This document shows positions 32,340 to 42,971 of a stretch of DNA of 64,000 nucleotides, one piece after another (position 1 is the stretch's first letter; every line of letters starts with the position of its first letter). The stretch comes from an uncultured Poribacteria bacterium. GTDB lineage: Bacteria; Poribacteria; WGA-4E; WGA-3G. The notes under the pieces were generated by a model. The model was not told where the DNA came from. It made no database searches and saw nothing but the letters and a program-made list of their open reading frames with translations. The stretch spans positions 1,216,001-1,280,000 of the forward strand of contig OX638351.1 of the NCBI GenBank assembly GCA_951813565.1, given 5' to 3'. The translations under genes and the position numbers were made by a program.

Positions 32340-32369
32340 GCGCTTCCAAATTAGTGACAGTTTGTCCTC

Positions 32370-33779
32370 ATGAAACAAAATCCAGAAGCAAAACCTGTAA
32401 ATATTCTCCGTGAAATCGAAGGAAACAAGATTGCCCCAGTTTATCTACTCTGTGGTAAGGAAACTTTCCTTATTGAAGGGACGCTCAAACAGATGCTGGA
32501 TAAACTCCTGCCTGCTGATACCCGTGATTTCAATTTAACCTCTTTAGATGGGAACGTCGCCTCCGTTAGGGAGATTCTCAGCAATGCTGAGACCTATCCG
32601 ATGATGTCAAAATGGCGGATTATTGTAGTGGATGATTTTCCGGCATTCAAGACACAAAAACTGAGCACCTCACCACTGACTGTTATCCGTGATGCAATGC
32701 AGGTTGAAACGGAAGATGTTCAAAAATGTGTTACGGATATCGCCAAACTTCTCGGTGTGCCTACGCAACAGATTGCTAATCAGCATGCAGATTTCAGTAG
32801 TGCTGTTGAAGAGATAAGTGAAACATTGGGAGGCGGATTAACCGATGATGTGAAAGCATTTTTCACACGTATACCCAAACTTGCAGCGCAACTGGATATC
32901 CATTCGGCAAATAGTAGCAGTAATGATGATGCGGATATGTTATTGGAATGGCTTCAAGGCGATCTGCCTAAAACGAGTGTGCTTATTTTTACGGTGAAAG
33001 ATGAGGTAAGTAAGACAAATCGGTTTGCTAAAGCGATTCAAGAAGTGGGTAGGTATGTTTCTTTTGATCCTTTGGAAAAAGGGACTTCACTTAACCGTGA
33101 TCCGCTTTATAAAAAGGTTATGGAAAAGTTTGCTACATATAATAAGAAAATTACGCCGCGCGCGTTTGAACAACTCCGTAGCCGAACCGGTAGCGACATG
33201 CATACTATTGCTGAGGCAATCGACAAAATTATCAACTTTGTCGGTGATAAACAGCAGGTAGATGAACTTGATGTCCGTAATTTGGTAACACAGAGTGCTT
33301 TTGACAGAATTTTTGATCTTACCGATGCAATCGGAAAACGTTCAACTCGGCAAGCATTGAAAAGCCTTCGCGAAGTGTTAGCAAGCGGTCAAGGACCGAT
33401 CCCACTCACTGCAGCAATAGTAAGCCACCTCCGATTGACTCTCCAAGCGAAGTTAATCATTGGCAAAAAGGGTATCAAACCGATAAGTAGTCAGATGCGC
33501 TACCCTGATTTTACAACAAAAATTTTTCAACCGCTTGCAGAGGAGATAAAATATCTCTTACCAAATTCAGCATCTTATAACATTCTGAAACGAAATCCTT
33601 ATATTGCTTTTAAGATATTTCAAACGTTACACGCATTCACTGCTGAGGAATTAATGACTGCTCTGGAAAAAACGTTGGAAGTGGAAATTCAATTGAAAAC
33701 AACTCCATTTGATAAGGAAGTACTTCTCGAACAATTGATATATGATATATGCAACAGTTCAAAGCATCGGTGGGATTGA
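32370..33779 (+). CDS. holA: DNA polymerase III delta subunit
   Basis: APVYLLCGKETFLI, DFN..LDG, YPMMS..RIIVV, IFDLTDAIG. Confidence 0.88.
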   Translation: MKQNPEAKPVNILREIEGNKIAPVYLLCGKETFLIEGTLKQMLDKLLPADTRDFNLTSLDGNVASVREILSNAETYPMMSKWRIIVVDDFPAFKTQKLSTSPLTVIRDAMQVETEDVQKCVTDIAKLLGVPTQQIANQHADFSSAVEEISETLGGGLTDDVKAFFTRIPKLAAQLDIHSANSSSNDDADMLLEWLQGDLPKTSVLIFTVKDEVSKTNRFAKAIQEVGRYVSFDPLEKGTSLNRDPLYKKVMEKFATYNKKITPRAFEQLRSRTGSDMHTIAEAIDKIINFVGDKQQVDELDVRNLVTQSAFDRIFDLTDAIGKRSTRQALKSLREVLASGQGPIPLTAAIVSHLRLTLQAKLIIGKKGIKPISSQMRYPDFTTKIFQPLAEEIKYLLPNSASYNILKRNPYIAFKIFQTLHAFTAEELMTALEKTLEVEIQLKTTPFDKEVLLEQLIYDICNSSKHRWD

Positions 33780-33829
33780 TTAGCGTAAAATCTGCAATTA
33801 TTGGAGTGTTCATCCTCAAAGAGATTGAA

Positions 33830-34612
33830 ATGATTTTCCGACAACTTATTACATATTGTCTTTTGTTAACATTGTTTTTGCTGAGTGCCCAAGCATTACC
33901 ACCACGATCCCCTGCGGGTGGAAAGATGCTGCAATTAGATGAAACTCACGATTATGTTGGCACCGGCGAGGCGTGGTTTCCTGATGAACAGTTTGAGCAG
34001 TTGACTGTTGAAGCATGGATTTACTTTGAAGAACCTGCAGGACCATCGAAACTTTGGTCAATCATTGGTCAGGAAGGGCGATTCAATTTTATTGTGACCG
34101 GTGGGGGTTCTTTAGGGTCTTGGGCAGCACATAAGGCCGCAAAAGACACTTCAATGGTTGTTAACTCTTTACCGCTGCCTACACGGGAATGGGTGCATGT
34201 CGTTGGGATGTATTATGCCAAAGCAGGCATGGGATTCAATGGTAAAGGCGGCATTTGGTGCTGTCCGGGTGGACATTTCATGAAATCGTATAAGCCCTTA
34301 CGTATTGGCGGTATCATTCCCAAAAATCAAGAAAAACGCTATTTCAGTGGAGAAAATGTGAAATTTAGGGGATTTATTGATGAAATGCGAATTTCGAATA
34401 TCCTCCGATATCCGGATCGAGAGTGGAAAATTCCGCAAAAAAAATTCAAGGTAGATGAACATACTATTTCACTATGGCATTTTAATGAAGAACCTTTTTC
34501 CAGCCGTTATAGAGATGAATCTGGAAATGGTTATGATCTCTGGAGGAGTGATGTGCTGCCAATCACTGCACAGAAGAAACTTAGCGTTCTGTGGGGAGAG
34601 CTTAAGCGCTAA
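33830..34612 (+). CDS. Exported LamG-like jellyroll protein with WGELK tail
   Basis: TVEAWIY, WVHVVG, FRGFIDEMRIS; tail KLSVLWGELKR. Confidence 0.85.
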   Translation: MIFRQLITYCLLLTLFLLSAQALPPRSPAGGKMLQLDETHDYVGTGEAWFPDEQFEQLTVEAWIYFEEPAGPSKLWSIIGQEGRFNFIVTGGGSLGSWAAHKAAKDTSMVVNSLPLPTREWVHVVGMYYAKAGMGFNGKGGIWCCPGGHFMKSYKPLRIGGIIPKNQEKRYFSGENVKFRGFIDEMRISNILRYPDREWKIPQKKFKVDEHTISLWHFNEEPFSSRYRDESGNGYDLWRSDVLPITAQKKLSVLWGELKR

Positions 34613-34780
34613 ATTCTTTAGATATATTTTTTGAAAGGGTAGTTTGATTTATATTCATCTGCTCCGCTGGAGCGAGAAGAGTTACAGCGCATCAATAAGA
34701 GAACTGGCATAATCATAAATAACGGTTATTATAACCACTGTCAATTTTTGATGAGGGTTCATCCCTCAAGGAAATAAAAA

Positions 34781-35572
34781 ATGATATTCCGACAACTCAT
34801 TACAGGTTTTCTTTTCTTAACATTGGTTTCGCTGAGTGTCCAAGCCTTACCACCGCCATCTCCTCAGGATGGAAGGATGTTGCAGCTGGATGGAAAACAC
34901 GATTATGTTGGCACCGTCGATTCATGGTTTCCTGATGAACAGTTTGAGCAGTTGACTGTTGAAGCCTGGGTCTACTTTGAAGAACCGCCAGGACCATCGA
35001 AATTTTGGTCGATTTTTGGTCAAGAAGGGCGATTCAATTTGGTTATATCTGGCAGTAGAGGTGTCTTAGGATCATGGGCAGCTCACAATGACCGAGGACG
35101 GGACTCTTCAATAACTATTCAAATAAATCCGCTGCCCAGAAAGCAGTGGGTGCATGTCGTTGGTATGTACAATGCCAGAGCAGGCATGGGAATTAACGGC
35201 AATGGAGGCATTTGGTGCTGTCAGGGTGGACATCTCGTTGATTCAAATAAGCCCTTTCGTATTGGCGGAATTATTGTTCCGCAGAAACCGGAACCGCCTC
35301 GTTTCGTTGGAGAAAATGTGAAATTTCGGGGGTATATAGATGAAGTGCGAATTTCGAATATTCTCCGATATCCGGAAAGAGATTGGAAAATTCCAGAAAG
35401 AAAATTCAAGGTTGATGAACATACTATTTCACTATGGCATTTTGACGAAGCACCTTGGTTAGGCCGTTTCAAAGATGAATCTGGAAACGGTTATGACCTA
35501 TGGAGAGGTGACTCAATGTCAGTCGAAGCAGGAGGGAAACTAACAACTAAATGGGGAGAACTGAAACGGTAA
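34781..35572 (+). CDS. Exported LamG-like protein, tandem paralog
   Basis: High similarity to the 33830 gene; tail GKLTTKWGELKR. Confidence 0.85.
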   Translation: MIFRQLITGFLFLTLVSLSVQALPPPSPQDGRMLQLDGKHDYVGTVDSWFPDEQFEQLTVEAWVYFEEPPGPSKFWSIFGQEGRFNLVISGSRGVLGSWAAHNDRGRDSSITIQINPLPRKQWVHVVGMYNARAGMGINGNGGIWCCQGGHLVDSNKPFRIGGIIVPQKPEPPRFVGENVKFRGYIDEVRISNILRYPERDWKIPERKFKVDEHTISLWHFDEAPWLGRFKDESGNGYDLWRGDSMSVEAGGKLTTKWGELKR

Positions 35573-35598
35573 ATTCTTCAGAAGACAGGCAAACGCCA

Positions 35599-36339
35599 TT
35601 AATGTGTAAGTGAATAGATAACAGCATTTATCCCCATTTTCAGCGCTATATTGGAATATTCTCGCGGATAAAAATCCTCTGCAGCGTGTTCCCACGCATC
35701 GCCAAGGTCTGAATTGAAACATATCATCATCATGAGCCGCCCTTTGTCATCAAAAACCCCCAAATACCGTGCTGGATGTCCATCATAACGTTCATAGGTT
35801 CGCCCACTAAAGAGTGCTCGTAACCCAGGAATCTGAATTAGTTTTTCAATTTTGAAAAAACACCTGAAAATCGGATGTGATACAGGGATGTCCACTGGTT
35901 CCCGTTTCGGGAATATTTTTTTGAACTCTGTATAGAACCACTTCCACTCCATCCCACCATGAAAATCATCAACAAAGATGAACCCACCGCGTAGGAGGTA
36001 TTCACGCAAGTTTTCCGCGTCTGCTTTGGTAAGCCGCATACTCCCTACCTCCAATATGTATGCAAATGGATAATCAAATAAATCTTCCGACCAGACAGGA
36101 ATTTGTATCGGGTCGGAGGCAACATCAATATTCGTCTGCTTGCTGAGTTGATACAAAAAATTTCGGTCAGAAGCAGGATAATCTACCTCCCAACTACTGA
36201 GTCGGGTGAGATTACCTCTATATTGGAGGCGAACGAAGGTGAATTCATGCTCCTGATTTGCCTGCGAATTTCGAAGTGTGTTCGGGAAGAATGTTATAAT
36301 GAGAAAGGTTAATGAGATTATAATTCGTATATTTTTCAT
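35599..36339 (-). CDS. DUF4159-like protein
   Basis: WEVDYPASDRN, LREYLLRGGF, DLGDAWE, MGIN..IYSLTH. Confidence 0.85.
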   Translation of the reverse strand: MKNIRIIISLTFLIITFFPNTLRNSQANQEHEFTFVRLQYRGNLTRLSSWEVDYPASDRNFLYQLSKQTNIDVASDPIQIPVWSEDLFDYPFAYILEVGSMRLTKADAENLREYLLRGGFIFVDDFHGGMEWKWFYTEFKKIFPKREPVDIPVSHPIFRCFFKIEKLIQIPGLRALFSGRTYERYDGHPARYLGVFDDKGRLMMMICFNSDLGDAWEHAAEDFYPREYSNIALKMGINAVIYSLTH

Positions 36340-38753
36340 TAAAAACTATTATACCATGAAAAAGAGGTTTGCCAACCTTTCAATGAATCCAATGTTTTGG
36401 CAATATTGATTCTTAACGGCCCATTTTCTTGAAACTGTAAACCGATGCCGACATCTGCTTTTGGATCGAAAGTAAAGGTATTGTCTGAAACATTCCAAAC
36501 TTGTCCTTCGTCAAAGAAAAAGACAAGGAAAATGTTATTGAAAATATTCCATTTTGACAGGTTTGATAAACGGTAATGAAATTCAATATTAAGCAAAACC
36601 CCGCGGTCTCCTATAAACGTATATTGTGAGTCTTCATACAACGGTTCTGTGGAGGCTTCTTTTTCAGCATCGTTTATGGTGACATAAAAAGGGTAACCTC
36701 TCAACCCTCCAAGTCCGCTAATTACAAATTTTCTTTGGATTGGTAGAGGAGCATTAGCGAAACCGAAAAGCAATCGTGTGCGAATACGGTGGTTATCTAA
36801 AGGAAAAGCATACCGAAAATGCAATTGAGCCCGTGTGAAATCAAAATCGGAGCCGACAGCAGTGTTACTATGCTCAACGAAGAGTGTATTATGCCATCCA
36901 AGATAATCCGTTTGTGTATTAAAATCGTATTGAAAAGTGAGGCTTCGCATTTGACCAGGGTCTATTGAAGGATTTTCTCTGACTGTCAATTTCTTTAGCA
37001 CCCATTTTGCCAGAATCCAATCTGTGCTTTTTTCCAGACTTGTGTGTGATTCGGCAAGCATCCCCAATTTGAAGGAGTGGGTCGGCATTATCGGACTCCA
37101 GCGCAGCCCTACTCCAATTCCCTGTCTCAAATAATAATTATGAGGGTCGGGATACCCAAAGATCAGTTGAAACGTGGTTGCCGAATCGTTGTAGGCAGGA
37201 TTGTTATAGTGAGGAAAAAGTTCGGGAGCCATCAAATCGGTCTGTCGGTGGAATTGTGCTGTAAGTCCGAGATTCCAAACATAAGGTTTACCCCAGTTCG
37301 CTCTGCCGCCAAAATGGTAGTGAAAATGCGGATTTCCTGAATTGTAACTAACTTTCCCAAAAAGATTATAAGTTTGCGTGCTTAACGTGTCCTCTACATT
37401 CCACCTCCATAAAGGTCCAACGCCAGTCGGTTTTCCCATCTGAAAACCGGTACCGACTTCCCCGTTGGTGACACGGTTAAACTTTACAAAAAGCGGTGGA
37501 CGAAGTCCAAGATAAGCATTTGAAGAGAGGCGTTTTTCATCAACGGTAATCGTCGCTACACGAGCGGCGTTTTCCTCATTAACTTGTAAGCGCACCTCAT
37601 TAAAATAGGGCATTACTTTAAACATAGTTTTCAGTGCCTGTTCAATATTCTCAGAGCCGTTATTCAGTGTTTGTCGGATACGTTCCTCTGAAACCTGCTC
37701 ATTCCCACGGATACGTATTTCGTGAATCGGCATATCTCCTGCTCTGAATCGTGTTGCTGCATGTGGGAAGAACTTGTCAGTTTCAAGGCTTGAAGTGGCT
37801 GCCCTGACTTTTCGGTTTGCCCCTGATTGTGTTATCGTTAGAGACTTAAGAATTGACAGTGATTTTGATGACCTTTGACGATTTTCAACGGTCAAAATGG
37901 CGATGCTCTTTCCATCCTCTTCCGTGATCCGAACAGATATTTTTCGACGATTATCCAGCGATTTCATAATCATAGGTAGGACATTTTCCAAATTACCTGA
38001 TCCGCTTGCAAGAAACTTTAAGATATTTGTTCTTTCTGGACTTGTCGTGTTCTGAATTATGAAATCATGAATCTGAATGCCGTTGAACTGCCAAGATGAT
38101 GTTACTAAGGGTTTTTGTGGATCTACACTAACAGATTGAAGGTTCTTTTTTTGAGGGACAGGTTTTTGGAGGGATTTTGTCTTTATAGTCGTTGGATTAG
38201 GTACTGGCTCTGCAGTTTCAGATGACGGTTTAGGAGGGGCGAGAGCTGAATCCGGTAACCTTCCAAGCCTTTTCAGTACCGGTATATCAATACCAAGCTG
38301 ATTAAGATTTCGTAATAAATCTCCAACCTGTTTCGGAGGTATTTTTCCCATGATGTTGATAAGATAAACACCCTCTCCACTATGGACAATCACAAAGATA
38401 CCATCTATAAATTCTTTTTGTCTAAATGTAAAAAGATGTAATCTATCACTTCTCTGATAGACGTTCCACCCGCGTGCTGTTAGTCTATCTTTATAGTGTT
38501 GAAGCATCGTTTTGTAATTGAGACCTTTACTATGATAATTTCGTAAATATAGGTTGTCCAAGGTACGAAACAACGAAGCGATTTCAGTATTTGGGTTTTC
38601 CATTACCTGCGCAATGATGCGGCGATCTAAATCAAATTTAAATTGCGCAGATGGTGCATTATGCCAATTGAAAGATACTTTTCCGCTACCTTTTTGTGCG
38701 CTTGCAGTTCCACAGAGAAGCATTAAACACAATATCACAAGAAAGTTTTTCAT
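36339..38753 (-). CDS. Omp85/TamA-like outer membrane protein with DUF4252-like N-terminus
   Basis: POTRA-like IRIRGN, FNRV, GGLRGYP loop-6 motif, FFDEGQVW, terminal Phe. Confidence 0.7.
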   Translation of the reverse strand: MKNFLVILCLMLLCGTASAQKGSGKVSFNWHNAPSAQFKFDLDRRIIAQVMENPNTEIASLFRTLDNLYLRNYHSKGLNYKTMLQHYKDRLTARGWNVYQRSDRLHLFTFRQKEFIDGIFVIVHSGEGVYLINIMGKIPPKQVGDLLRNLNQLGIDIPVLKRLGRLPDSALAPPKPSSETAEPVPNPTTIKTKSLQKPVPQKKNLQSVSVDPQKPLVTSSWQFNGIQIHDFIIQNTTSPERTNILKFLASGSGNLENVLPMIMKSLDNRRKISVRITEEDGKSIAILTVENRQRSSKSLSILKSLTITQSGANRKVRAATSSLETDKFFPHAATRFRAGDMPIHEIRIRGNEQVSEERIRQTLNNGSENIEQALKTMFKVMPYFNEVRLQVNEENAARVATITVDEKRLSSNAYLGLRPPLFVKFNRVTNGEVGTGFQMGKPTGVGPLWRWNVEDTLSTQTYNLFGKVSYNSGNPHFHYHFGGRANWGKPYVWNLGLTAQFHRQTDLMAPELFPHYNNPAYNDSATTFQLIFGYPDPHNYYLRQGIGVGLRWSPIMPTHSFKLGMLAESHTSLEKSTDWILAKWVLKKLTVRENPSIDPGQMRSLTFQYDFNTQTDYLGWHNTLFVEHSNTAVGSDFDFTRAQLHFRYAFPLDNHRIRTRLLFGFANAPLPIQRKFVISGLGGLRGYPFYVTINDAEKEASTEPLYEDSQYTFIGDRGVLLNIEFHYRLSNLSKWNIFNNIFLVFFFDEGQVWNVSDNTFTFDPKADVGIGLQFQENGPLRINIAKTLDSLKGWQTSFSWYNSF

Positions 38754-38761
38754 TGCAGTCC

Positions 38762-39889
38762 TTACTGTTTTGATTTTTCCATCTTTTTCAACTGTTGTTT
38801 TAACTTTCTCAACTCATCTGGAACATCGGGTTTTCCGGGATGGAAGATAACTTCCGGTGGGACAATCCGTTTCGAACGGTTTGGTGGTTTATAAAACCAT
38901 TGTAATGTAATACTGTATCGTGGACCTTGGAAATAGTGTATCTCAACAGGATGAAATCCTGTGGTAAGTGCGATGTAAGATTTTCTACTTCGATCATCGT
39001 GAACACCGTCGTTATCTACAACTAATTTTCCATTTATAAATAACTTTGACCCGTCATCAGAGATTAACTCAAACATATATGTGCCGGGTGTATCCACAGC
39101 CAATTTTCCACGGAAATGTACAGCGAAATTTTCAAGTACATTCTGTTTCTGCGGTGTGGGAAACCCCTCAGTATAATGTCTTGGAGCTACATCCAATTTC
39201 GCGGTTGCAAAAGTGTAAACAGGGCTCATCCGTTTAAAATCTGGAATTCTATGAAGTGTGTGACCGGGAATGTAGACCTGACCTATAAATCCGTGGCCGG
39301 GCATGACGTCTGTGTCAAAGATACCAAGTCCCATGATGCCTTCATCCAAATCAATTGAACCGAGGTCCCCTATACTCGCTACGTTTGATAATCCTTTGCC
39401 CACACCGCTGCCTTGTCCGGTGCCTGTGCCGCCACGACCAGGTCCACGGACATTACCTCCCGCTCCGCGGTATTTCCGACCGACAACAGGCCCCGCTGCT
39501 TCAGCATCGTTCCCAAAACTCGTGTTTGGTAGTGCAAGAGTGTCTGCTTGAGGTATATCTGCATAAGTGACAATTTCTGGTGCGACATTATCAAAGGTCG
39601 GGGCTTTTGGCGGGTTCATCTCTGGGTCATACTTTGGTGCAGCGCGCGAAAGGGTAGGCGATCCGCCAGCGTTGCTCCGTTTCGGTTGCACCGTTTGATG
39701 TTGGCGCATCAAACGTCGTTTCACTCGCTCAGGCGTACCCACCCTAAAGATTACAAGAGAGAGATCGTCATCTGCTTCAATGAAATGTTTCATCAGAAAC
39801 GGTGATATTATTAATACTAATATAATATGTACCACAAAAGATAAAAATAGAGATATTTTGGTTTTGTTTTTTTTCATGACACAATCCAC
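38762..39889 (-). CDS. Membrane-anchored PA14-domain protein
   Basis: N-terminal SFVVH TM, Pro/Gly linker, ENFAVHFRG..SDDGSKLFING..DNDG. Confidence 0.85.
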   Translation of the reverse strand: MDCVMKKNKTKISLFLSFVVHIILVLIISPFLMKHFIEADDDLSLVIFRVGTPERVKRRLMRQHQTVQPKRSNAGGSPTLSRAAPKYDPEMNPPKAPTFDNVAPEIVTYADIPQADTLALPNTSFGNDAEAAGPVVGRKYRGAGGNVRGPGRGGTGTGQGSGVGKGLSNVASIGDLGSIDLDEGIMGLGIFDTDVMPGHGFIGQVYIPGHTLHRIPDFKRMSPVYTFATAKLDVAPRHYTEGFPTPQKQNVLENFAVHFRGKLAVDTPGTYMFELISDDGSKLFINGKLVVDNDGVHDDRSRKSYIALTTGFHPVEIHYFQGPRYSITLQWFYKPPNRSKRIVPPEVIFHPGKPDVPDELRKLKQQLKKMEKSKQ

Positions 39890-40028
39890 CTTATGCCAAA
39901 TTAACAGGATTTATCTTGTTTTATTGGAGTCAGATGCGGTTAGGAAACCGCATCTACCGAGACGAATCGCGTTAATTTGGTATTATTTACTTTAGTGTTG
40001 CCTGCGCAACAGAGTTTAGAACAAAATC

Positions 40029-42353
40029 CTAAAAACTATAGAAAAACATTAGATTAAATTGAATACCTTGTTCTGCTTCAAATGCTTTTGCAACGTTGAA
40101 ACGAAAAATATCAACCTCCGATGCAACCTGTAGACCAATACCAACACTCCCTTTCGGTTTGAAATGCCGATCACTGCCCAGTTCATTCCAAACTTGTCCT
40201 TGATCAAAAAGAAGAACCACATGGATATTATTCAACACATTCACATTGATGAAATTTAGTACATTAATTTTATTGAAATTCGGCAAACCGATAAGAAATT
40301 CAACGTTGAAAAGGTATCCATGATCACCAGCAAACGTATATAACGGATAACCGTTGAGCGTGCCAATCCCGCCAATAACAAATTGGCGTTGAATCGGCAG
40401 GATCGCTGTACTAAAATGATCCTCAGCAGGTTTGCCTACAACTGAACTCAGCACAAACCGAGTGCGAAGTTGGTTATTTCGGTAGGGAACTGCATATCGC
40501 AGATGCGTTTGAAACCGTGTCCAATCAAAATCAGACCCAAAGTTACGGTTGCTATGTTCAACGAGGACAGTATTATGCCAACCAAGGTAATTATATCGAT
40601 CATTGGAATCAAACTTAAAATTGATGCTCCGCATGTTGCCCGGTGTTATTACAAGGTTTTCCCGGACTTTTGATGATGACCACAAGTTAAAAATATGCCA
40701 ATCAGTTGTTTTATGTAAACTTTCATGTGTTTCCCAAAGCATAGAAAGGTTGAAATTTATTGACCTTTTTGGTTGCCATTGTAAAGCAATCTCTGCTCCG
40801 TTTCTTAAATAGTAGTCCTGATGATCTGGCACGCCAACAATACGTAGAAAAAGTGTTCCAGTCTCATCATAACCAGCGAAAAGTTCCGGTGCGATTGTAG
40901 TTATAGCGCGTTGAAACTGCGCGCTTAAACCTAAATTCCATTTGCCATTTTCTCCCCAGATTCGGTCGCCACCAATCCGGTAATAGAGTTGTTTATTCCC
41001 AAATCCGTAACCAAACTGCGCAAAAAGTTTAGAGTTATCCTTTTCAATTGGGATATTAGAGTACCAGTCAAATTCAAAAGGTGTTATATTATCTCTCTTT
41101 TGCGAGCGCAAGCCAGTTTCAACACGCGCGCCAAGTTCCCAACCTGTCACGCGATTAAACCCTATCCGTGGAATTGTAGTTGTATATGCACTTAAAGGAA
41201 GTGGTTTCTCTAATACATTTATTGTAGCGATACGTTGTGCGCCTGATTTTTTAATTCTAACTTGGGCGTCTTCAAATTCCGAAATGGACTCAGACAGTTT
41301 CTGTGTAGCATCTTCAATTTCTATAGGTCCATTTTCGAGTGCTTTTATAATCGCTTCAGACTCATTATTATAATTACCCTCAACCTGTATCTCATCAATA
41401 GCGTCGCCGTTATGGGTGTAATACCTTTTTGAAAGCGGAATTAGACCATCTTTATTTGTAATATCTTCCAAGTATATTTTAACCCACTTTTCTCCGGTAT
41501 TTATGGTAACTTTTTGCACAAATTTCGCCACATCAGAATTCGATAGTTTTTTCAACAATACCGCGAGGTCATCTGAACCTTCTTGGGGTGCGATATTTCC
41601 GAAGAAAACATCTTTTACTGCATTCACTCTCTCTTTGTTGCTGACGCCTCTGCTTTTCGTGTGTGCCTGTATCTGAATTTTCCGAATCGGTTGTCCGTGG
41701 TAAGTCCAATCTGTTGGATGTGTTTCTTGCATTGTCCCTGAAAACTGGACAAAAGGATTGGGTGAATCTTCTGGCATACGAAGCATTGTTACCGGTTTCT
41801 TGTCCAATAAAATCTCTTCGGTTTCAGAAATTGCTGGTTCTGTTCGAGTATTTGGCGACTCAAGTGTTTCACCGAGCGATCTTAATTCAGGTATCCAAAT
41901 GCCGATTACATTTAGGTTTGCTAACAGCGCACCTATTTGTTCTTTCGGAATCTGTCCAACGACGTTGAGCAGATGCACCTCTGATCTACTCTTGACAATT
42001 GCAAAGATACCTGTGCATGTATCTTCTGGTCCTGAGTCGTTAAGCACAGAAATTTGCCAGTTTTCATCTGCAGCAAAACTTTCCCACCCCTTCCGTTTTA
42101 ACTTCTCACCATAATATTCAACCAATTTGTCAAAAAGTCCTTCTTCAGCATTGTACGTGCGGAGATATAGATTTTCCACAGCATCAAAGGGTTTAGTAGT
42201 TGAGATAAGCGAGATCAACTCATGGTTGAGATTAAACTGAAACTTGACAGGTGGCACATCAGGGCAATCGAAAGGGATCGTTCCTCCTGGTCTCTGTGCA
42301 TACGATAGCATTGTTCCAGCAAGTAGCAGGAATACAATAATAGTTTTTTTCAT
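40029..42353 (-). CDS. Omp85/TamA-like outer membrane protein, paralog of the 36339 gene
   Basis: Same architecture (LYLR, FNRVTG, GGIGTLNGYP, FDQGQVW, terminal Phe); start MKKTII at 42353. Confidence 0.7.
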   Translation of the reverse strand: MKKTIIVFLLLAGTMLSYAQRPGGTIPFDCPDVPPVKFQFNLNHELISLISTTKPFDAVENLYLRTYNAEEGLFDKLVEYYGEKLKRKGWESFAADENWQISVLNDSGPEDTCTGIFAIVKSRSEVHLLNVVGQIPKEQIGALLANLNVIGIWIPELRSLGETLESPNTRTEPAISETEEILLDKKPVTMLRMPEDSPNPFVQFSGTMQETHPTDWTYHGQPIRKIQIQAHTKSRGVSNKERVNAVKDVFFGNIAPQEGSDDLAVLLKKLSNSDVAKFVQKVTINTGEKWVKIYLEDITNKDGLIPLSKRYYTHNGDAIDEIQVEGNYNNESEAIIKALENGPIEIEDATQKLSESISEFEDAQVRIKKSGAQRIATINVLEKPLPLSAYTTTIPRIGFNRVTGWELGARVETGLRSQKRDNITPFEFDWYSNIPIEKDNSKLFAQFGYGFGNKQLYYRIGGDRIWGENGKWNLGLSAQFQRAITTIAPELFAGYDETGTLFLRIVGVPDHQDYYLRNGAEIALQWQPKRSINFNLSMLWETHESLHKTTDWHIFNLWSSSKVRENLVITPGNMRSINFKFDSNDRYNYLGWHNTVLVEHSNRNFGSDFDWTRFQTHLRYAVPYRNNQLRTRFVLSSVVGKPAEDHFSTAILPIQRQFVIGGIGTLNGYPLYTFAGDHGYLFNVEFLIGLPNFNKINVLNFINVNVLNNIHVVLLFDQGQVWNELGSDRHFKPKGSVGIGLQVASEVDIFRFNVAKAFEAEQGIQFNLMFFYSF

Positions 42354-42553
42354 GGTGGATATTGACAGTAACAAGTCCACTCTTGCGTTGATCTGTTGTG
42401 CTATCAAGCAGTTCTATGGATTCATACTGAGCAGATTTATCGTTAATACAAAATATTAATGATAAAGTTACAAGATTAAACGCATATTTTCGCCATGGTG
42501 TTTACAATTTTAACAGATTAAGGGTTTTGTTGTCAAATTTGGCGTTTATACTA

Positions 42554-42749
42554 CAGAGCCATTCAATTGTCGCGAAGCACTCTTATAGGAAGGCTTTATA
42601 AGGCAGATTTAACAGCAAAAGTATTTGTAGTCGCTCAATTCATCGCCAAATCAACGCCAAATGCACGTATGGCATTCGTCGCCTCTTTTAACCTTTGGAA
42701 ACGCTATTTTACTTTATGGATTAGAATACGCGACAATTGAATGCCTCTG
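42554..42749. mobile_element. MITE with 10-bp target site duplication
   Basis: TIR CAGAGCCATTCAATTGTCGCG; GTTTATACTA at 42544 and 42750. Confidence 0.85.
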
Positions 42750-42971
42750 GTTTATACTACCAATGCTGAGGTATGTGAGGAGAGTTTAGTTTACTCAAAA
42801 GGTAGGGTTTGCTTAAAAATATAGGCGCGCTGTGTATGCGCGCCTTAGATCAATCTGATTAGCCAACATTAATTGTTGAAAAGCAATGTCAACAGAAAAC
42901 AATATTCAGATGTTATAAGGAACTTCAATAGATTTTCGTACGGGTAGATACCTTGATTCTGATTGTCGTTT

